Shown: one piece after another, positions 1-13,850 of the stretch | Layout: each line of letters begins with the position of its first letter | Numbering within the stretch: the stretch's first letter is position 1 | NCBI GenBank assembly: GCA_951406725.2 | Contig: OX597827.1 | Coordinates: forward strand, 46,004,001-46,068,000 | Length of the DNA stretch: 64,000 nt | Reading direction: 5' to 3' | DNA from: Octopus vulgaris | Taxonomy: Eukaryota | Notes under the pieces: generated by a model | The model's input: the letters and a program-made list of their open reading frames with translations, nothing else | The model's database searches: none | Told to the model about the DNA's origin: nothing | Program-made: the position numbers and the translations under genes

Positions 1-295
1 TGGTTCTGGCAACGACCACACTCAAAAGGTGTTTTTTACGTGCTACCTGCACAGGAGCCAGTCCGGCGGCACTGGCAACAATCACACTCGAATCTTGTTT
101 TTCACATTCCACTGGCACATGTGCCAGTAAGGCAACGCTGGCAACAATCACGCTCAAATGGTGCTTTTTATGTGCCACCAGCATGGGAGCAATCCATGGC
201 CCTGGCAACAATCACACTCAAATGTGCGTTTAACATTCCACTGGCACAAGTGCCAATCAGGCGGTACTGTCAATGGCCATGTCAGCGATTTTGAT
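1..295 (-). mobile_element. Partial copy of SINE-like family C (internal tandem repeats; (ATG)n tail in full copies), cut by window edge
   Basis: Repeated ggcaac..cacactcaaatggtgctttttatgtgccacc units also seen at 2535-2850, 24655-25225 and 40340-40675. Confidence 0.7.
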
Positions 296-304
296 TTGAT
301 TTCA

Positions 305-632
305 ACCCCAGGACTTATTCTTTGTAAGCCTAGTACTTATTCTATCGCTCTCTTTTGCTGAACCGCTAAGTTACAGACCCGTAAACACACCAACATTGGT
401 TGTCAAACAATGGTGGGGGTACAAACACAGACACACAAACATATATACACACATACAGATATATATATATATATATATACGACAGGCTTCTTTCAGTTTC
501 CGTCTACCAAATCCACTCACAAGGCTTTGGTTGGCCTGAGGCTATAGTAGAAGACACTTGCCTAAGGTGCCTTGTAGTGAGACTGAACCCACAACCATGT
601 GGTTGGTAAGCAAGCTACTTACCACACAGCCA
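305..632 (-). mobile_element. tRNA-derived CORE-like SINE (family A), 3'-truncated
   Basis: Reverse complement matches the full copy at 63557-63960. Confidence 0.85.
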
Positions 633-780
633 CACACACAAAAACAAATAATAAAAAAAAGGAAGAAACATGGTTTTTGGTTCAGTCCCACTTCATAGCT
701 TCTTGGGTGTCTTCTATAGCATTAGGCCAATCAATGCCCTATGAATGAATTTGGTAGGCAGAAAATGTGTGGAAAGCCTT

Positions 781-839
<59 letters not shown>

Positions 840-2534
840 TTGTCTTCCACCATAACTTGACAACTGGTGTTGACTTCAATAAGAGATTGATAGAATAAGT
901 ATTAGACTTCAAAAATAAGTACGGGGGGGGGGGGTCAATCTGTTCAACTAAAACCCTACAAGGTGGTGCTCCAGCATGGCCACGATCCACAAAGAAAAGA
1001 TGATGCAAACATATCCAAACACATGGATATGTCGTCAAAGGTTTCTTTGTCCAATCAGAAATTTCCAGAGCAGAAGAAAATCTATAGTTCCCCAACCCTA
1101 CTACCCACCCTACCTCAATTCCAAGTTCCCATAGCTCCACCAAATTAAGCCCTAGCAAAGCCACACTCTATCTTTACCATTCTGTATTTTTCTTTTTTTT
1201 TTTTTCTTCAAGAAAATTCCTTGAAGTATCTTGACAAGAAAGATCGCAAAAAGACATGAAGAAAATAGAATGGAATGGTTACAAACAAATGAGATAGATA
1301 AAAAAAAAATGAATTTCCAATCTTTATTTAAAATGAGTGGGGGGGGGAGAAAGAAAGAAAGAAAGAAGCAAATAAAAAGAAAGAAGAAAGAAAGGAACAG
1401 ATTGTCAAAGACCAAATTACTCCTCTTGGAATACCATTATTTTGCAGACCAATTCTATTTCTATTTACAATTCCATTTCAGAGAAATAAATAAGTGAAAT
1501 ACATTTTCATTACTCTTATTTTCTATTTCTCATTTATATTATTATTATTATTGTTGTTGTTGTTAAAATAATCATCATCATCTTTAATGTGAAATTATAA
1601 GCAGTCTTGGAGCAAATTTCATAGCTTTAATTTTGAACTTCAATTTACCACAGCCAGCCTTATTACTGTAAACTGTATATCACCATAATCACCATCGTTA
1701 TCATCATCATTATATTATCATTATTATTATTATTATTATTACTATTATCATACATAGATTATTTAAAATGAAACATTTGGTATTGTGAAAAGCAAGTTGT
1801 TGTCTGTGGACAGTCAAGATTGTGAAAGACTTATTAATGTTATTAAATTTAAACATTCGTCATTGAGTTAATAATTTTCTCTCCTGAGCACACAAGTTGT
1901 TATGAATTGATTAAATTTTATTACCTTACATTAATTAAACCTGATGGATTTTCATAAGTTTTCGACCATGAGGATTCCAGCAGTTCGATCAACCACAAAC
2001 CCTTTGCCCCTGCACTGTCAATTAGTGGTTGGGTATTCCACAGGTGAACATACCCTTCAAGTGATTCTCAAGTGGAATCGGTGTTCTAAACTCTAACAAG
2101 GTTGAACCTTTAAGTCTTTTGATACCAATCAGACTGAGACCACCCCTAGCTCTATGATACATACTTCCTGCTTTAAAGAGCTAAATTACAGCCATCAGCC
2201 AAAAATTCTACTTTAATTCTTATTCCAAACACAAGCTTAACACTGACAAAAGCTATTATTCAAAATTAATTATCGACTAAATCATTGAATAACAATTAAA
2301 TTATTACGTTAATCTATTTGTTTTGTAAGATTCCTGTTGTGAAATCATGTAGTGAAATAGATATTGTTATGGCCTTTTTAATTGTTTTTTTTCCTTGCCA
2401 AATAAACACATGCACTATATATTCGTTCTTCACCTGAGATTTATTATTATTCTTATTTTATACCCTTTGTTTGGAAACCTTTCGGCGCACATCCTCTGAT
2501 CTCTTCAGCTATTCTCCATCTCATGTGTTTCCTA

Positions 2535-2850
2535 TCATCATCATCGTTTAACATCCGCTTTCCATGCTAGCATGCGTTGGACGATTTGACTGAGGTCTGG
2601 TGAACCAGATGGTTGCACCAGGTTACCCTTCCTAATGCCAACCACTCCAAGAGTGTAGTGGGTGCTTTTACATGCCACCGGCACGAGAGTCAGTCAGGCA
2701 GTACTGGCAACAGCCACGCTCAAATGGTGCTTCTTATGTGTCACCTGCACAGGAGCCAGTCCAGCGGCATTGGCTACAACCTTGCTCAAATGTTTTTTCA
2801 CATGCAACCAGCATAAGTGCCAGTAAGGCAATGCAGGTAATGATCACGCT
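2535..2850 (-). mobile_element. SINE-like family C copy
   Basis: catcatcatcgtttaacatccgctttccatgctagcatg end, ccttcctaatgccaaccactcc body, internal repeats. Confidence 0.75.
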
Positions 2851-4079
2851 CTGTTGTAGCAAGTTTAACAGCAAATTTCATTACTCTAATTCTGAACACA
2901 CACACACACACAGACATACACACAAGCATACATATACACACACATACATACATACACACACAAACATAATTCCAGATTGTTTCAGCATACATATATATAA
3001 TGAACATATGTATTCACACAAACACACACACATACATGGGAGATGAGAGAGAGTGTGTGTATGTGTGTGTGTGTGTGTGTGTCTCTGTCTCTCTAAATTT
3101 GTTCCTGCACATGACTGAATATGCTTTCTAAAATAGAGAATCCATCAGTTTATATGCATTGCATTTTATTACACAACACCTCTGTGCTCAGCATGCGAGG
3201 TTTGTGGAAGCAATACATCACAAAAAAACTGTTCTCCAGTTAGAAATTATTCATATGCTCTCTGCTGTCCTGTGCAATTTTCTTCGAATACTAATGACCA
3301 AAACCAACACCACCAGATGTTAACTGACATATTCAGCATTTTGACAAGACAGTATACATGGTTTAACTTCATTGAAGCTAATGAGGACCAATTAGACTGA
3401 AATCTTAAACCTTTAGCTGTCAGAACCATATGTTCATCTCAAGGGTTTATAACTCTAAAATTAATTAAGAACTAGAGATACATCATATGCATGTACACAT
3501 ACATATTTAGAGTAGACAGAAGGGACTAAAATTTGAGCTGTATCCTCAGAAAGTACTTCAGCAAATACAAGCTATCAATTTTATGTCCATTTTTAAGAAA
3601 ACTGACCACACAAACTGAAATATCAGGTCAAGTAGATTGGCTGCAGAGAATCATAGACTGGAATCCAGAGTGTATTGTAAGAAAAAACTTTGAAACGTGC
3701 ATTTAAGAGCTTTTTTTTTTTAATGGAAATTTGGCCGATGAAGTGGCCACATGCAGCTGTTGTTAAACAATATTCAATATGTATAGTAATTATTAAGGTT
3801 TTCAGATTTCATATAGCGTTATGTAAGATTACTATCTTACATAATGCTGTATGGAATATGAACCTCGCAACATAAAGCTGATGTGGTGTGCAGAAACATA
3901 TGTTGCAATATACCATGAAAGCCTGTTCACCTCCTTCTTCGTGTTATTATTGCCTCTCTGAAATTGCTAGCCTTGTGCCAAAGTTTGAAATTATTATTAT
4001 TATTATTATTATTAAATATACAAATTACGGAGATGTACTTGCATAGCAACTGACCTGATCTGAGATGCAGTACGGAATT

Positions 4080-4128
4080 TTGTCAGTGAACAGGTCATGG
4101 TCTCACAGCAACGAAAATATTTTGACAA
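4080..4128 (+). ncRNA. Minimal type I hammerhead-like motif, G3-C8 core variant, degenerate stem II
   Basis: ttgtca-GUGAACA-g-gtcatggtctcacagcaac-GAAA-atat-UU-tgacaa; 6-bp stem I, palindromic stem III AAUAUU. Confidence 0.55.
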
Positions 4129-4640
4129 GTTAAATTTAAATGTTGAAGTGAATCTAACGGATTTTGTGCGTTTCTTAAATGGCTTATAAACACCTTCCAT
4201 GCTGCAATTGTTAAATATACAAACAAATATATATATATATATATCATCAACCTCATTATCATCAACATCATTTAACATCCGTTTACCATGCTGGCATGGG
4301 TTGGATGGTTTGGCAAGCCTGAGAGCTGCACCAGACTCAGTCTGTTTTGGCATAGTTTCTACAGCTAGATGCCCTTCCTAATACCAACCATTTTACAGAG
4401 TGTGCTGGGTGCATTTTATGTGGAACCACATGAGTGCTTTTATGTGGCACCAGCACAAGACTCTTCCAGGTCAAACCTCTTCACCAAAGAGAGCAGCCAT
4501 AATACTTCTGTTGTGGAGTGCGCCACTAATAAGGGATGAGGTGGAGAAGGCCTTAAACTGTTAAAGGCATTAGGAGTGTTATTGGTTAAAACTAAATATG
4601 AAGGACAAATAAGGAAATATGAGAAATCTTTAATAATAAT

Positions 4641-4997
4641 AAACAAACACAAAACTCTGCCAAGGCAACACCAATGTCCTCTCAACAATTAGCCAGAGAT
4701 GATTTTTAAAATAAGAATATCTGAAATAAATTCGACTGCTCTCACAAACGAGAATACTAAAAATGAAGCCAACCTCTCTCAAAAATTGAGTAAAAAAAAA
4801 AAACAGAAAAATAATCCAGAATCCTTATTCGATACCAGATCGATCCCAAAATCTAATCAGTTCACACCAGTCACAAGGCCAAACATCCTTGAAAGTTCCA
4901 TCCAAATCCATCCAGACAAGATATCTTGTCAACAGTCAAACAAACAAGCAAATACGAATGTAAACACTATTTCTGCCTTAACTAAGGTGGAAGTAAT
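4641..4997 (+). mobile_element. Non-autonomous Helentron-like element (HINE/DINE-1 type)
   Basis: Subterminal ctctgccaagg (4655-4665), terminal palindrome ttctgccttaactaaggtggaa (4971-4992); body accagatcgatcccaaaatctaatcag shared with 62150-62400. Confidence 0.6.
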
Positions 4998-5170
4998 AAT
5001 GATAACAATAAACAATTAAACCCAAACACTCTTCAAAATACTGTTTGAAACTTAAGGTGCTCAGTGCATGGTGCCTTGAGCAAATGACTTCTAATAGAGT
5101 GATATGCCAACCAATGTCTTTTGAATGGATCTGATAGTCTCTAAAAGCCCATCACACACACACACAAACA

Positions 5171-5385
5171 GAGGGGTGCTGAGAATTTCCTAACTTTAAA
5201 GGTATTGCAAAAAGCCTGGTTGGAGGTCCAATCTTCCAAGTTCTTTTCACAGGGCTTAGGAAAACTGAAGGACCACTGAAACAAGTGTGTGAATCTGAGG
5301 AGGTAATATGTTGAATAAAATCATAATTAACTGATCCTCCTGAATTTTCTTTTACCCAAAGTCAGGAACTTTTGGGCAGCCCCTC
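5171..5385 (+). mobile_element. Mariner-derived MITE
   Basis: Imperfect TIRs gaggggtgctgagaatttcctaacttt / aaagtcaggaacttttgggcagcccctc; internal remnant resembling mariner C-terminus (KCVNL..YVE*). Confidence 0.65.
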
Positions 5386-5597
5386 AAATATATATACATG
5401 CACTTATATTTATATGAAACACTATCTTTCATACATTTTATGTCTGTTTTTCCATGACAGAAAGCATTAGATGAATATATTACTGAGGCATTTTTTTTTT
5501 AGTGAGATGACCTTCCTGTTGTCAACCCTTACCTTTTTTGCAAGAGATCCCTTTACAGGTATTCAAAGGTGTGAAGTGAGTTAGCAATCTGCCGACT

Positions 5598-5896
<299 letters not shown>

Positions 5897-6851
5897 TGAG
5901 AGAAGTTGGTGTGTGAAACCACGTGGTTGAATATATAGAAAATAGTAAAAAGTGAAAAAACTTTGTACAACATACAAGTGTTTCAGCAAAATGCTGAAAC
6001 AATGACATAACAGCTGAAGAAAAATTATGCAATCGTTCACTTTACCTCATTGTCATTCACTAAATCTTATCGGCGTCCCACAATAAATGCAACAGTAGAT
6101 ACTAAAGCTCCGAATATACGTGTAACACTTTACAGAGCTTTTTTTCTTTTTTACACACACAAACATGCATGCAGAGGGCATGGCTGTGTGGGCGTGTACA
6201 TGCTTTACAATCACATTTCTGGATGGGACTCTATTATGTGGCGCTGTGCTGATCAATAATACCTCATGAAACTTTATCACAGGAAACTTCAACAGCTTGT
6301 CGTATACGTATACCTATGTGTACATGTATAAATGTGTGTGTGTGTGAGTTTCTTTCTGCATGTCTTCACACTGACACTGTTCATGCACTGCTAATAGGGT
6401 TTGTATAGCAGCTTTATGGGTCAATGGTACACACATACACACACACAAACAAGGACACAAACGCATGCACACATAAGGATACACATTTCAGGAGAACAGA
6501 ACAGAGTAAGTGGAGCAAGAATACGCATGAAAACAGAAAGTGTTGCTGAAGAGGTCAAAGATGTGTGACGAAAGATTTCTGGACATGAGGTAAAATAATA
6601 AAACAAGAACAGTTATAAAAGAGTGAAGAAAAAATATATTGTGGGTGTGTTTATTTGGCAAAAAAAAACAAAAAAAAACGACTATCCCGAAATACAACAA
6701 TACAGATAAAAATAATTATATGAAAATGAGTAAGAGCTGGCATCAGCATAGTTATCTGAGTGAGTATTGCCTCAAGAAGTTTTGCCCAATGTGTGCCAGC
6801 ACAGAAAAAACAGACATGATCTATATAATCACACACACACACATAGGATCC

Positions 6852-6950
6852 AGACCTGAAGATTGGAGTACATTGATCTAACTGAGTATTGAAACTAGAG
6901 ACCTTATATCTCAACAATACCAACATACTGTCATGAAACACGTGTTGTCT
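6852..6950 (+). ncRNA. Type I hammerhead-like motif with long stem II
   Basis: agac-CUGAAGA(6856-6862)-extended stem II (tggagta/tactgtca, gtattg/caatac, gaga/tctc)-GAAA(6935-6938)-cacgtg-UU-gtct; palindrome ACACGUGU; lies in a block between microsatellites (6845-7080). Confidence 0.5.
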
Positions 6951-7075
6951 TTAAAATGGAAAGTATGAGATTCTGAATAGGTATAGTAAGTATCATATTT
7001 AATATTTTATGGCTCAGTCGGGTATAATATCTTTCAATGTTGATTGAGTTGAGGGTGGTTCTGTCTCTAAAACTA

Positions 7076-7114
<39 letters not shown>

Positions 7115-7560
7115 GATATATATTATCATCACCACCATCAATTAGCATACACGTTACATGGTGATGTGGGTTGGACAGTTAATTCAACAGGATCCAGCTA
7201 GCCTAAGAATTGCTTAGTCTCAACTTTGGCAAAGTTCTTTTTGACTAGATACCCTTCTTAATGCCAACCACTTAACAGATAGAACTGGGTAGGGGTTGGG
7301 GGGGATTTTATATATATAAAATTACAGTTAGTGGATTACAGTAAGATCTACAAAAAAGTACTCCATCCATTGAGATAATATATATATAGACACACACATA
7401 TATACAGAGAAAGAGAGGGATAGAGAGAATGAGAAACAAAAGAAAATTGATTCACACGCATATGTATGCATGTGTGTGTGCGTGTGTGTGTGTGTGTATA
7501 TATATATATATGTATATATACATTTATATGTATGTATATATATTTATATATACATTTATA

Positions 7561-7608
<48 letters not shown>

Positions 7609-8005
7609 TAACAGATAGCTGTTCCAATATTCTGGATATGTATGTATGCATGAATGCACACATGTATCTATAAAACACTAATCACTAGAATTAGAGGAGA
7701 TTAGCAGCAGTCTGCACATCAGTATAGATCAATTGTGCAGCAGGGGTGAAGAAGCTGGAGTGGGGGGAGGGGAACAAAAGAAAAAAGAGAAGAGAGAGAG
7801 CGAAAGAGAAAAAAATGAGGGTAAAGAAAAAACGGTGTAGCAAATTGAAGGGTTATGCTGGTGTGCAGCACAGAAGAGAACAAACTCTTCAGGGTGGATT
7901 GAAAGGGGTGGATGGGTGGAAGTGGTGAATAAGAACCTTAAACAGAGGAGGAAGTGGGACAGAACGAGGGGCATGAGATATATGAGAGATTAGAATATGT
8001 GCCTC

Positions 8006-8067
<62 letters not shown>

Positions 8068-8076
8068 GAGATAGAT

Positions 8077-8129
<53 letters not shown>

Positions 8130-8699
8130 TAGACAGATAGATAGATAGAGAGAGAGAGAGAAATAGAGAGAGAGAGAGAGAGAGAAATATATATATATAG
8201 AGAGAGAGAGATGTTGAAATGAAGAGGAAGAAAAGAGGTGGGGAAATGGAGATGCTGATAGGGCAGGGCCAGGGATAATTGTGGGAAAATACAAAGAACT
8301 TCTGGTAGAAAAAGAAGAGGTGAAAAGAATTGGTCTCTTCACTTTCTCATTTTCTTTATATAGTTTTTTTTTAGCATTTTCTTTTTTATTATGCTTTTGT
8401 TTTTCCTTTGCTGGGGATGAAATACAGAGGCGGGGACGTATCTACTGGTTTACAGAAATGATGCAATATATTAGGTCTTTAAGGAGAATTTATGTACATG
8501 TGTATATGTGCATGCATGTTTACATGTATGTGTGTATATATATGTGTGTATCTGTGTGTGTGTGTGTGTGTAGCTATCTATATGTATGTATGTATGTATT
8601 TATCTATCTATCTATCTATTAATCTATCCATCCATCCATCTATATATGTGTGTGTATCTATCTATCTATATGTGTATCTGTCTATTTTTCTATGTGTGT

Positions 8700-9267
8700 G
8701 TATTGCGGTACAGTTTAACCAAATTCGGGTAGCTTATAGTCGTGATTCATATCGAGCCCGTCTGAATATTAGCGCGCGTCTACGATGAGTCTACGATTTT
8801 AAAAATAATTTAACATCATTTTTTATTCCATTTTAATGCATAATTTTTCGTGTGTCGATGGCAGCGGAGTTGGCGTCCACGCTCACATCTGCACCTGTGG
8901 GGAAGGGAGTGTAAGGAAATCAACGTCGTAATGCGTTGTCAAGGAGACCAGTGTTCTTTTAGAACAACGACTTCATGGCTTCAAGACACCAAAACAGAAA
9001 TGGCTAAGAAAGCGTCTACATGAGTCTACGATTTAAAAAAAAATTTTACCATCGTTTTTTTTCCATTTTAATGCATTTTTTCGCTATTGTATAAGGGAAG
9101 TAACTCTCTAAAAATGTCTACGATGAGTCAACGATTTTAAAAAAAATTTACCATCATATTTTTTCCATTTTTAATGCATTTTTTGCTATTTTTTGGCTAT
9201 AACTCTCTAAAAATGCTTATATAGTTATTTCCCTTACAAACCCGAGCAACGCCGGGCGATACTGCTA

Positions 9268-9268
<1 letters not shown>
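8700..9268 (+). mobile_element. Non-autonomous Helitron (3' end clear, 5' end uncertain)
   Basis: 3' hairpin cccgagcaacgccggg (9241-9256) then CTAG (9265-9268) followed by T; three internal repeats starting gtctac(g)atgagtc at 8778, 9014, 9116; CpG-rich, so probably young. Confidence 0.75.
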
Positions 9269-9310
<42 letters not shown>

Positions 9311-9699
9311 CATGCGTGGGTACAATGCATATATGGATGTGCATATACATTCATGTACATGTGTATATGCACCATTCTGCTTGCACACTAAGTGGTAGCA
9401 GTGCAGTGACAGTATTAGTGGTACAGTGGTACTGCTAAGGTAATGTTATTTGCATAGTGGTGCTGCTAGTGAAGCAGTGTTGCCACTGGTGTAGTGTTGC
9501 TGGTGCAGTGGCAATGCCAGTGATGCAGTGGTACTGTAGGAGTTGCGGTAGAGGTACAGTGTTTGGTGTAGTGTTAATGCAGTGGTAGACACAGTCTGTC
9601 TGCTACAGGGAAGTAACATCTACAATCAATGGAACCTTGGCAAGAGAAACTGCAATAAACAACATAACAGAAGCAAAGAGCTGAGGAAACTGCTTAACA

Positions 9700-10240
9700 G
9701 ATGGTTGGTGGGTGGGTGATAGAAGAGTGGTATGATAGTGAAGGTGGTGGTGGTGGTTGTATAGGTGATGGAGGTGACAGTAGTGGTATAGATGATGGAG
9801 GTGGTAGTGAAGTGGGTGGTGGTGGTAGTGAAGGTGGTGGTGGTGGTGGTATAGGTGATGGAGGTGGTAGTGGTGATGAGGATGATAGTCATGGTCGTGG
9901 TGGTAAACATGATGGTGGTGGTGATGGAGGTGATGAAGGTAGTGGTATAGATGATGGAAGTGGTAGTGAAGGTGGTGATGGTGGGGTGATGAAGGTGGTA
10001 GTAGTATGGGTGATGGAGGTGGTAGGGGTGTTGGAGGTGATAGTCGTGGTGATGAAAGTGGTGAATATGGTGGTGGTGAAGGTGGTAGTAAGAGTGATGG
10101 TGAAGGTGGTAGCAGTAATTGATTAGTGAGAAATGGGGGAGGGAATGGGGAGATATCAATAGAAACAATAGTGAAGGGGTGACAGAAGCAGAGGTGGAGG
10201 TGATGGTGGTGGCTGTAACGGTGTTGGTGGTGAAGATTAT
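9700..10240. repeat. (GGT/GAT)n low-complexity tract
   Basis: Degenerate trinucleotide repeat; source of the Gly-rich and Thr/His-rich ORFs. Confidence 0.85.
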
Positions 10241-10701
10241 TATGTCAGCATTTCATCTCTTGTCTATTCAACAGAACTTTACACAACAATAGAAACAACA
10301 GCAAATCATTAATATAAAACAATTTTATTTTTTTAACCCCACACCACCAAGAAAAAAAATTTGAAAACTCATTATTCTAGTGATAAGGATTCCCAGCTTT
10401 CACCTACACATTTGTGGGGGAGCAGAGGGGTTTGATTCCTAGCATAAGAAAGGATTAACTATGACTGTATGGCAGTGCTCCAGCATGGCCACAGCCAGAT
10501 AGAAAAAATTTGTAAAAGAGCATTCTCTCCCTACCTCCATATCCACACACACACACACACACAGTCAAGTGCAGACGTGGTTGTGCGGTTAAGAAGTTTG
10601 CTTCTGAACCATGTGGTTTCAAGTTCAGTTCCAAAGCCAACCGAAGTCTTATGAGTGAATATGGTAGACGGAAACAATAGGAATCCCATCATATATGAAT
10701 A

Positions 10702-10864
10702 GGCACAGGAGTGGCTGTATGGTAAGTAGCTTGCTTACTAGCCACATGGTTCCGGGTTCAGTCCCACTGCATGACACCTTAGGTAAGTGTCTTCTACTAT
10801 AGCCTCGGGCCGACTAAAGCCTTGTAAATGGATTTAGTAGATAGAAACTGAAAGAAGCCAGTCG

Positions 10865-10908
<44 letters not shown>

Positions 10909-11099
10909 TGTCTGTCCCCCAACATCATTTGACAACCGATCTTGGTGTGTTTACGTCCCCGTAACTTAGCGGTTCAGCAAAAGAGACCGATAGAATAAGT
11001 ACTAGGCTTTCAAAGAATAAGTCCTGGGGTCGATTTGCTCAACTAAAGGCGATGCTCCAGCATGGCCACAGTCAAATGACTGAAACAAGTAAAAGAGTA
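10702..11099 (+). mobile_element. Full-length tRNA-derived CORE-like SINE (family A)
   Basis: A-box tggctgtatgg, B-box ggttcagtccc, CORE-like ccttaggtaagtgtc, internal (TG)n, tail gaaacaagtaaaagag. Confidence 0.9.
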
Positions 11100-11604
11100 A
11101 GTGTGTGTGTGTGTGACACAAATTATGATGCTTTGCTTGTCACTGTTTGAGCAAAGCAGTGCTGTTGTTGACATTCCTTGTTGTCATCATGATTGGTTGC
11201 TCTGCACTTTGGAAGAAAGTAAAATTTATATATAAAAAAAATCCCTTACTTGAAAACCAAACAGGTGGGAGTCAGTGACAAGAAGAGCATCTAGCTATGA
11301 AATCCTGCTTCAAAATCAGTTCCCTTCCAAGCCTTAGTAGCACGGGAAAACAGATCACACACACACAACCAACCACCTATCTCCACCCCACCACACACAC
11401 CTACACATCAAAATATTTTCAACATCACTTGAAATAATACTGAACAGTCACATCCTCCATGTTGAAATACAAACTCAAGCACTGGTATCAATTTAATCAA
11501 CATACCTCCATCCACCAAATGTAAGCGTTGCCTTCCAGTCTCTGCTAGAAACCTTCAAGGGTGTTGGGTCAGCAGTGATTGAATAAATTGTCTTTTGGCA
11601 TTTG

Positions 11605-11910
11605 TTTGGAGGTCGCATGTAAAAAGCACCTTTTGAGTGTTGGGCCTCACAGAGGCAACGACAAATGACTGAGACCTTTGACAATATGCGGTGCTTGAGA
11701 AGGAAGATCCATCAAACCAATCGTAGTTGTGGCAGAAACTGGTGTCATGCAACTGACACAGAAAAGCACCCATTACACTCTTGGAGTGGTTGGCATTAGG
11801 AAGGGCATCCAGCTGTAGAAACCATGCCAATTTGGACTGGAGTCTGGTGCAGCCCTGGTCAAACTGTCCAATTCATGCCAACATGAACAACAGACATCAA
11901 ATGATGATGT
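11605..11910 (+). mobile_element. SINE-like family C copy
   Basis: tggttggcattaggaagggcatccagctgtagaaacc body and atgatgatg tail. Confidence 0.7.
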
Positions 11911-11919
11911 TTCATCTTT

Positions 11920-12300
11920 TTACACCTAGTTCAAATCCAGCAGAGGTTAACATTACTTTTTATCGCTCTGGGGAGTCAATAAAGTGCTGGTCACATACTG
12001 AGCTCAACTTAATTGGTTGACACCTCTTCCCAAATTTCTGTTTTTGTATCAATTATACGAGAAACATTATTATTACAATTTATTATAATTAAGGTCACAG
12101 GCTGATAACATTAGATAAAAGGCTTAGCAGCAGTTTTTTTTAATGCTTTAAATTCTCAGTTCAAATCCAGCCAGGGTTAACACTGCCTTTCATCCTTTCA
12201 GGGTCAATAAATTAAGTACCAGTGAAACACTGGGGTTGATGTAATCGACACATCCCCTCCCCCAAAATGGCTACCCTTGTAGCAAAATTTGAAACAATTA
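11920..12300 (+). mobile_element. Two decayed tandem copies of SINE family B
   Basis: gttcaaatccagc..., tgcctttcatcctttcagggtcaataaattaagtaccag central motif. Confidence 0.65.
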
Positions 12301-12541
12301 TTGTTGTTGTTGTTGTTGTCAAATGGACTATTTGGAAATAATGTACTAAAACAGATTAAGTTTTAAGTATAGAAAATGTGTGAAATATATGCAAGTATTT
12401 ATTTTAATAATAGTGGTGTTTATTTAGTAATACTGAGGCAGTAAATGAATAAAGTATAATAAAAATCACACACTTTGTATATTAACACTTATTACACAAA
12501 TCACCCGCCCATCCCATAGAGTAAAATCTGGTTTAAATCTG

Positions 12542-12572
<31 letters not shown>

Positions 12573-13242
12573 TACAAAGCATATATATTATATAAATTAT
12601 ATAAATATATTTATTAAAATGTACATTATCACTGCCATAATTGTTTTACATCCGGTTTTCCATGCTAGCATTGTGCACAGTGCATGACGAGATGAAGGAC
12701 ACAGACTACAGTGCCATATTTCGTCACCCACTGCAGCACATCTCGTCCCCACCACCATGGTCCTTCATTATCTAATATGCACAATAGCCCTGATGTTGGG
12801 TAAGCCTTGCAGCAGAGCCTGCATGCATTTTATCATACCATATTTGTCTGCAGCCAGACTGAAGCAGCTCATCTACCCTGTGTTACTTCTTCTTCAGAGT
12901 TTTGTTTTGTCGTGTGTGCATGTGTGTGTGTGTGTGTGAGGGGGGGGGGGGCTCTCTCTCTTGCTGTTCCAACAAATGAGGGTTCAGCAGAAGTTTGCTG
13001 AACAAACAGCACAATGAATATTATTGTAATTCACATAGGCACAAGAGTGGCTGTGTGGTAAGTAGTTTGCTTACCAACCTCATGGTTCCGGGTTCGGTCC
13101 CACTGCATGGCACCTTAACACCTAAGCCTATAACACATATTTTTTTTTCTCAAGTATCAATGTATCACCATTACAGGTATTTATACTCTGATGGAATTAA
13201 GAAATCAACTTTTAAATAAACAAAACCCTTGAATCCATCACT

Positions 13243-13283
<41 letters not shown>

Positions 13284-13679
13284 ACTGATAGCAACATTCT
13301 CATTTTATGGGAAAATATGCACCTAATTCAATAAAATTATGAAGGTTATTCTGATTACTATACATAAAATGCAAAATATTTTATTTTTTGTAGATTAGGT
13401 AGGCATAATTCACTCCTACCTCGCAATCTCATTATGTAAGCTACGCACAGTACTACTGTAGTACACTTGCTGTGTACATTCCTACAACAATGTTTTCTTT
13501 ATGTGCTATAAAGGTAGAAGTAGATCTGCCTTCAACTCAGTCAGGTGGCTGTGTTTCGCTTATTTTTTATGTTTTACTATATAAATGTCACCAACTGCCT
13601 ACCTTGAGTAATTAGTAATGGCACGTGCCTGGCACACACACACAGTCACATATCTATGTATCTTTTATGTATGTTTGAA

Positions 13680-13850
13680 GATAATCAAACCAAATTTTCA
13701 TCATTTCAGGCCACTCACCCAATGAGTAGTTCTGCTAAATTTGGTGAAAATCTGTTCAACTGTTTTCCAGCAATTTTGCAAACACACAGACAAACAGACC
13801 AAGACGAGCGATTACAATACCCTGCTTTCGCTTACACGCGCAGGGCAAAA
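13680..13850 (+). mobile_element. Helentron/Helitron-like terminal fragment
   Basis: aaatttggtgaaaatc motif, acagacaaacagac, terminal hairpin ccctgc...gcaggg. Confidence 0.4.

Noticed and set aside
9626-10168. Gly-rich and His/Thr-rich ORFs resembling structural proteins
   Set aside because: Degenerate (GGT)n tract, open on both strands, with no splice or domain evidence
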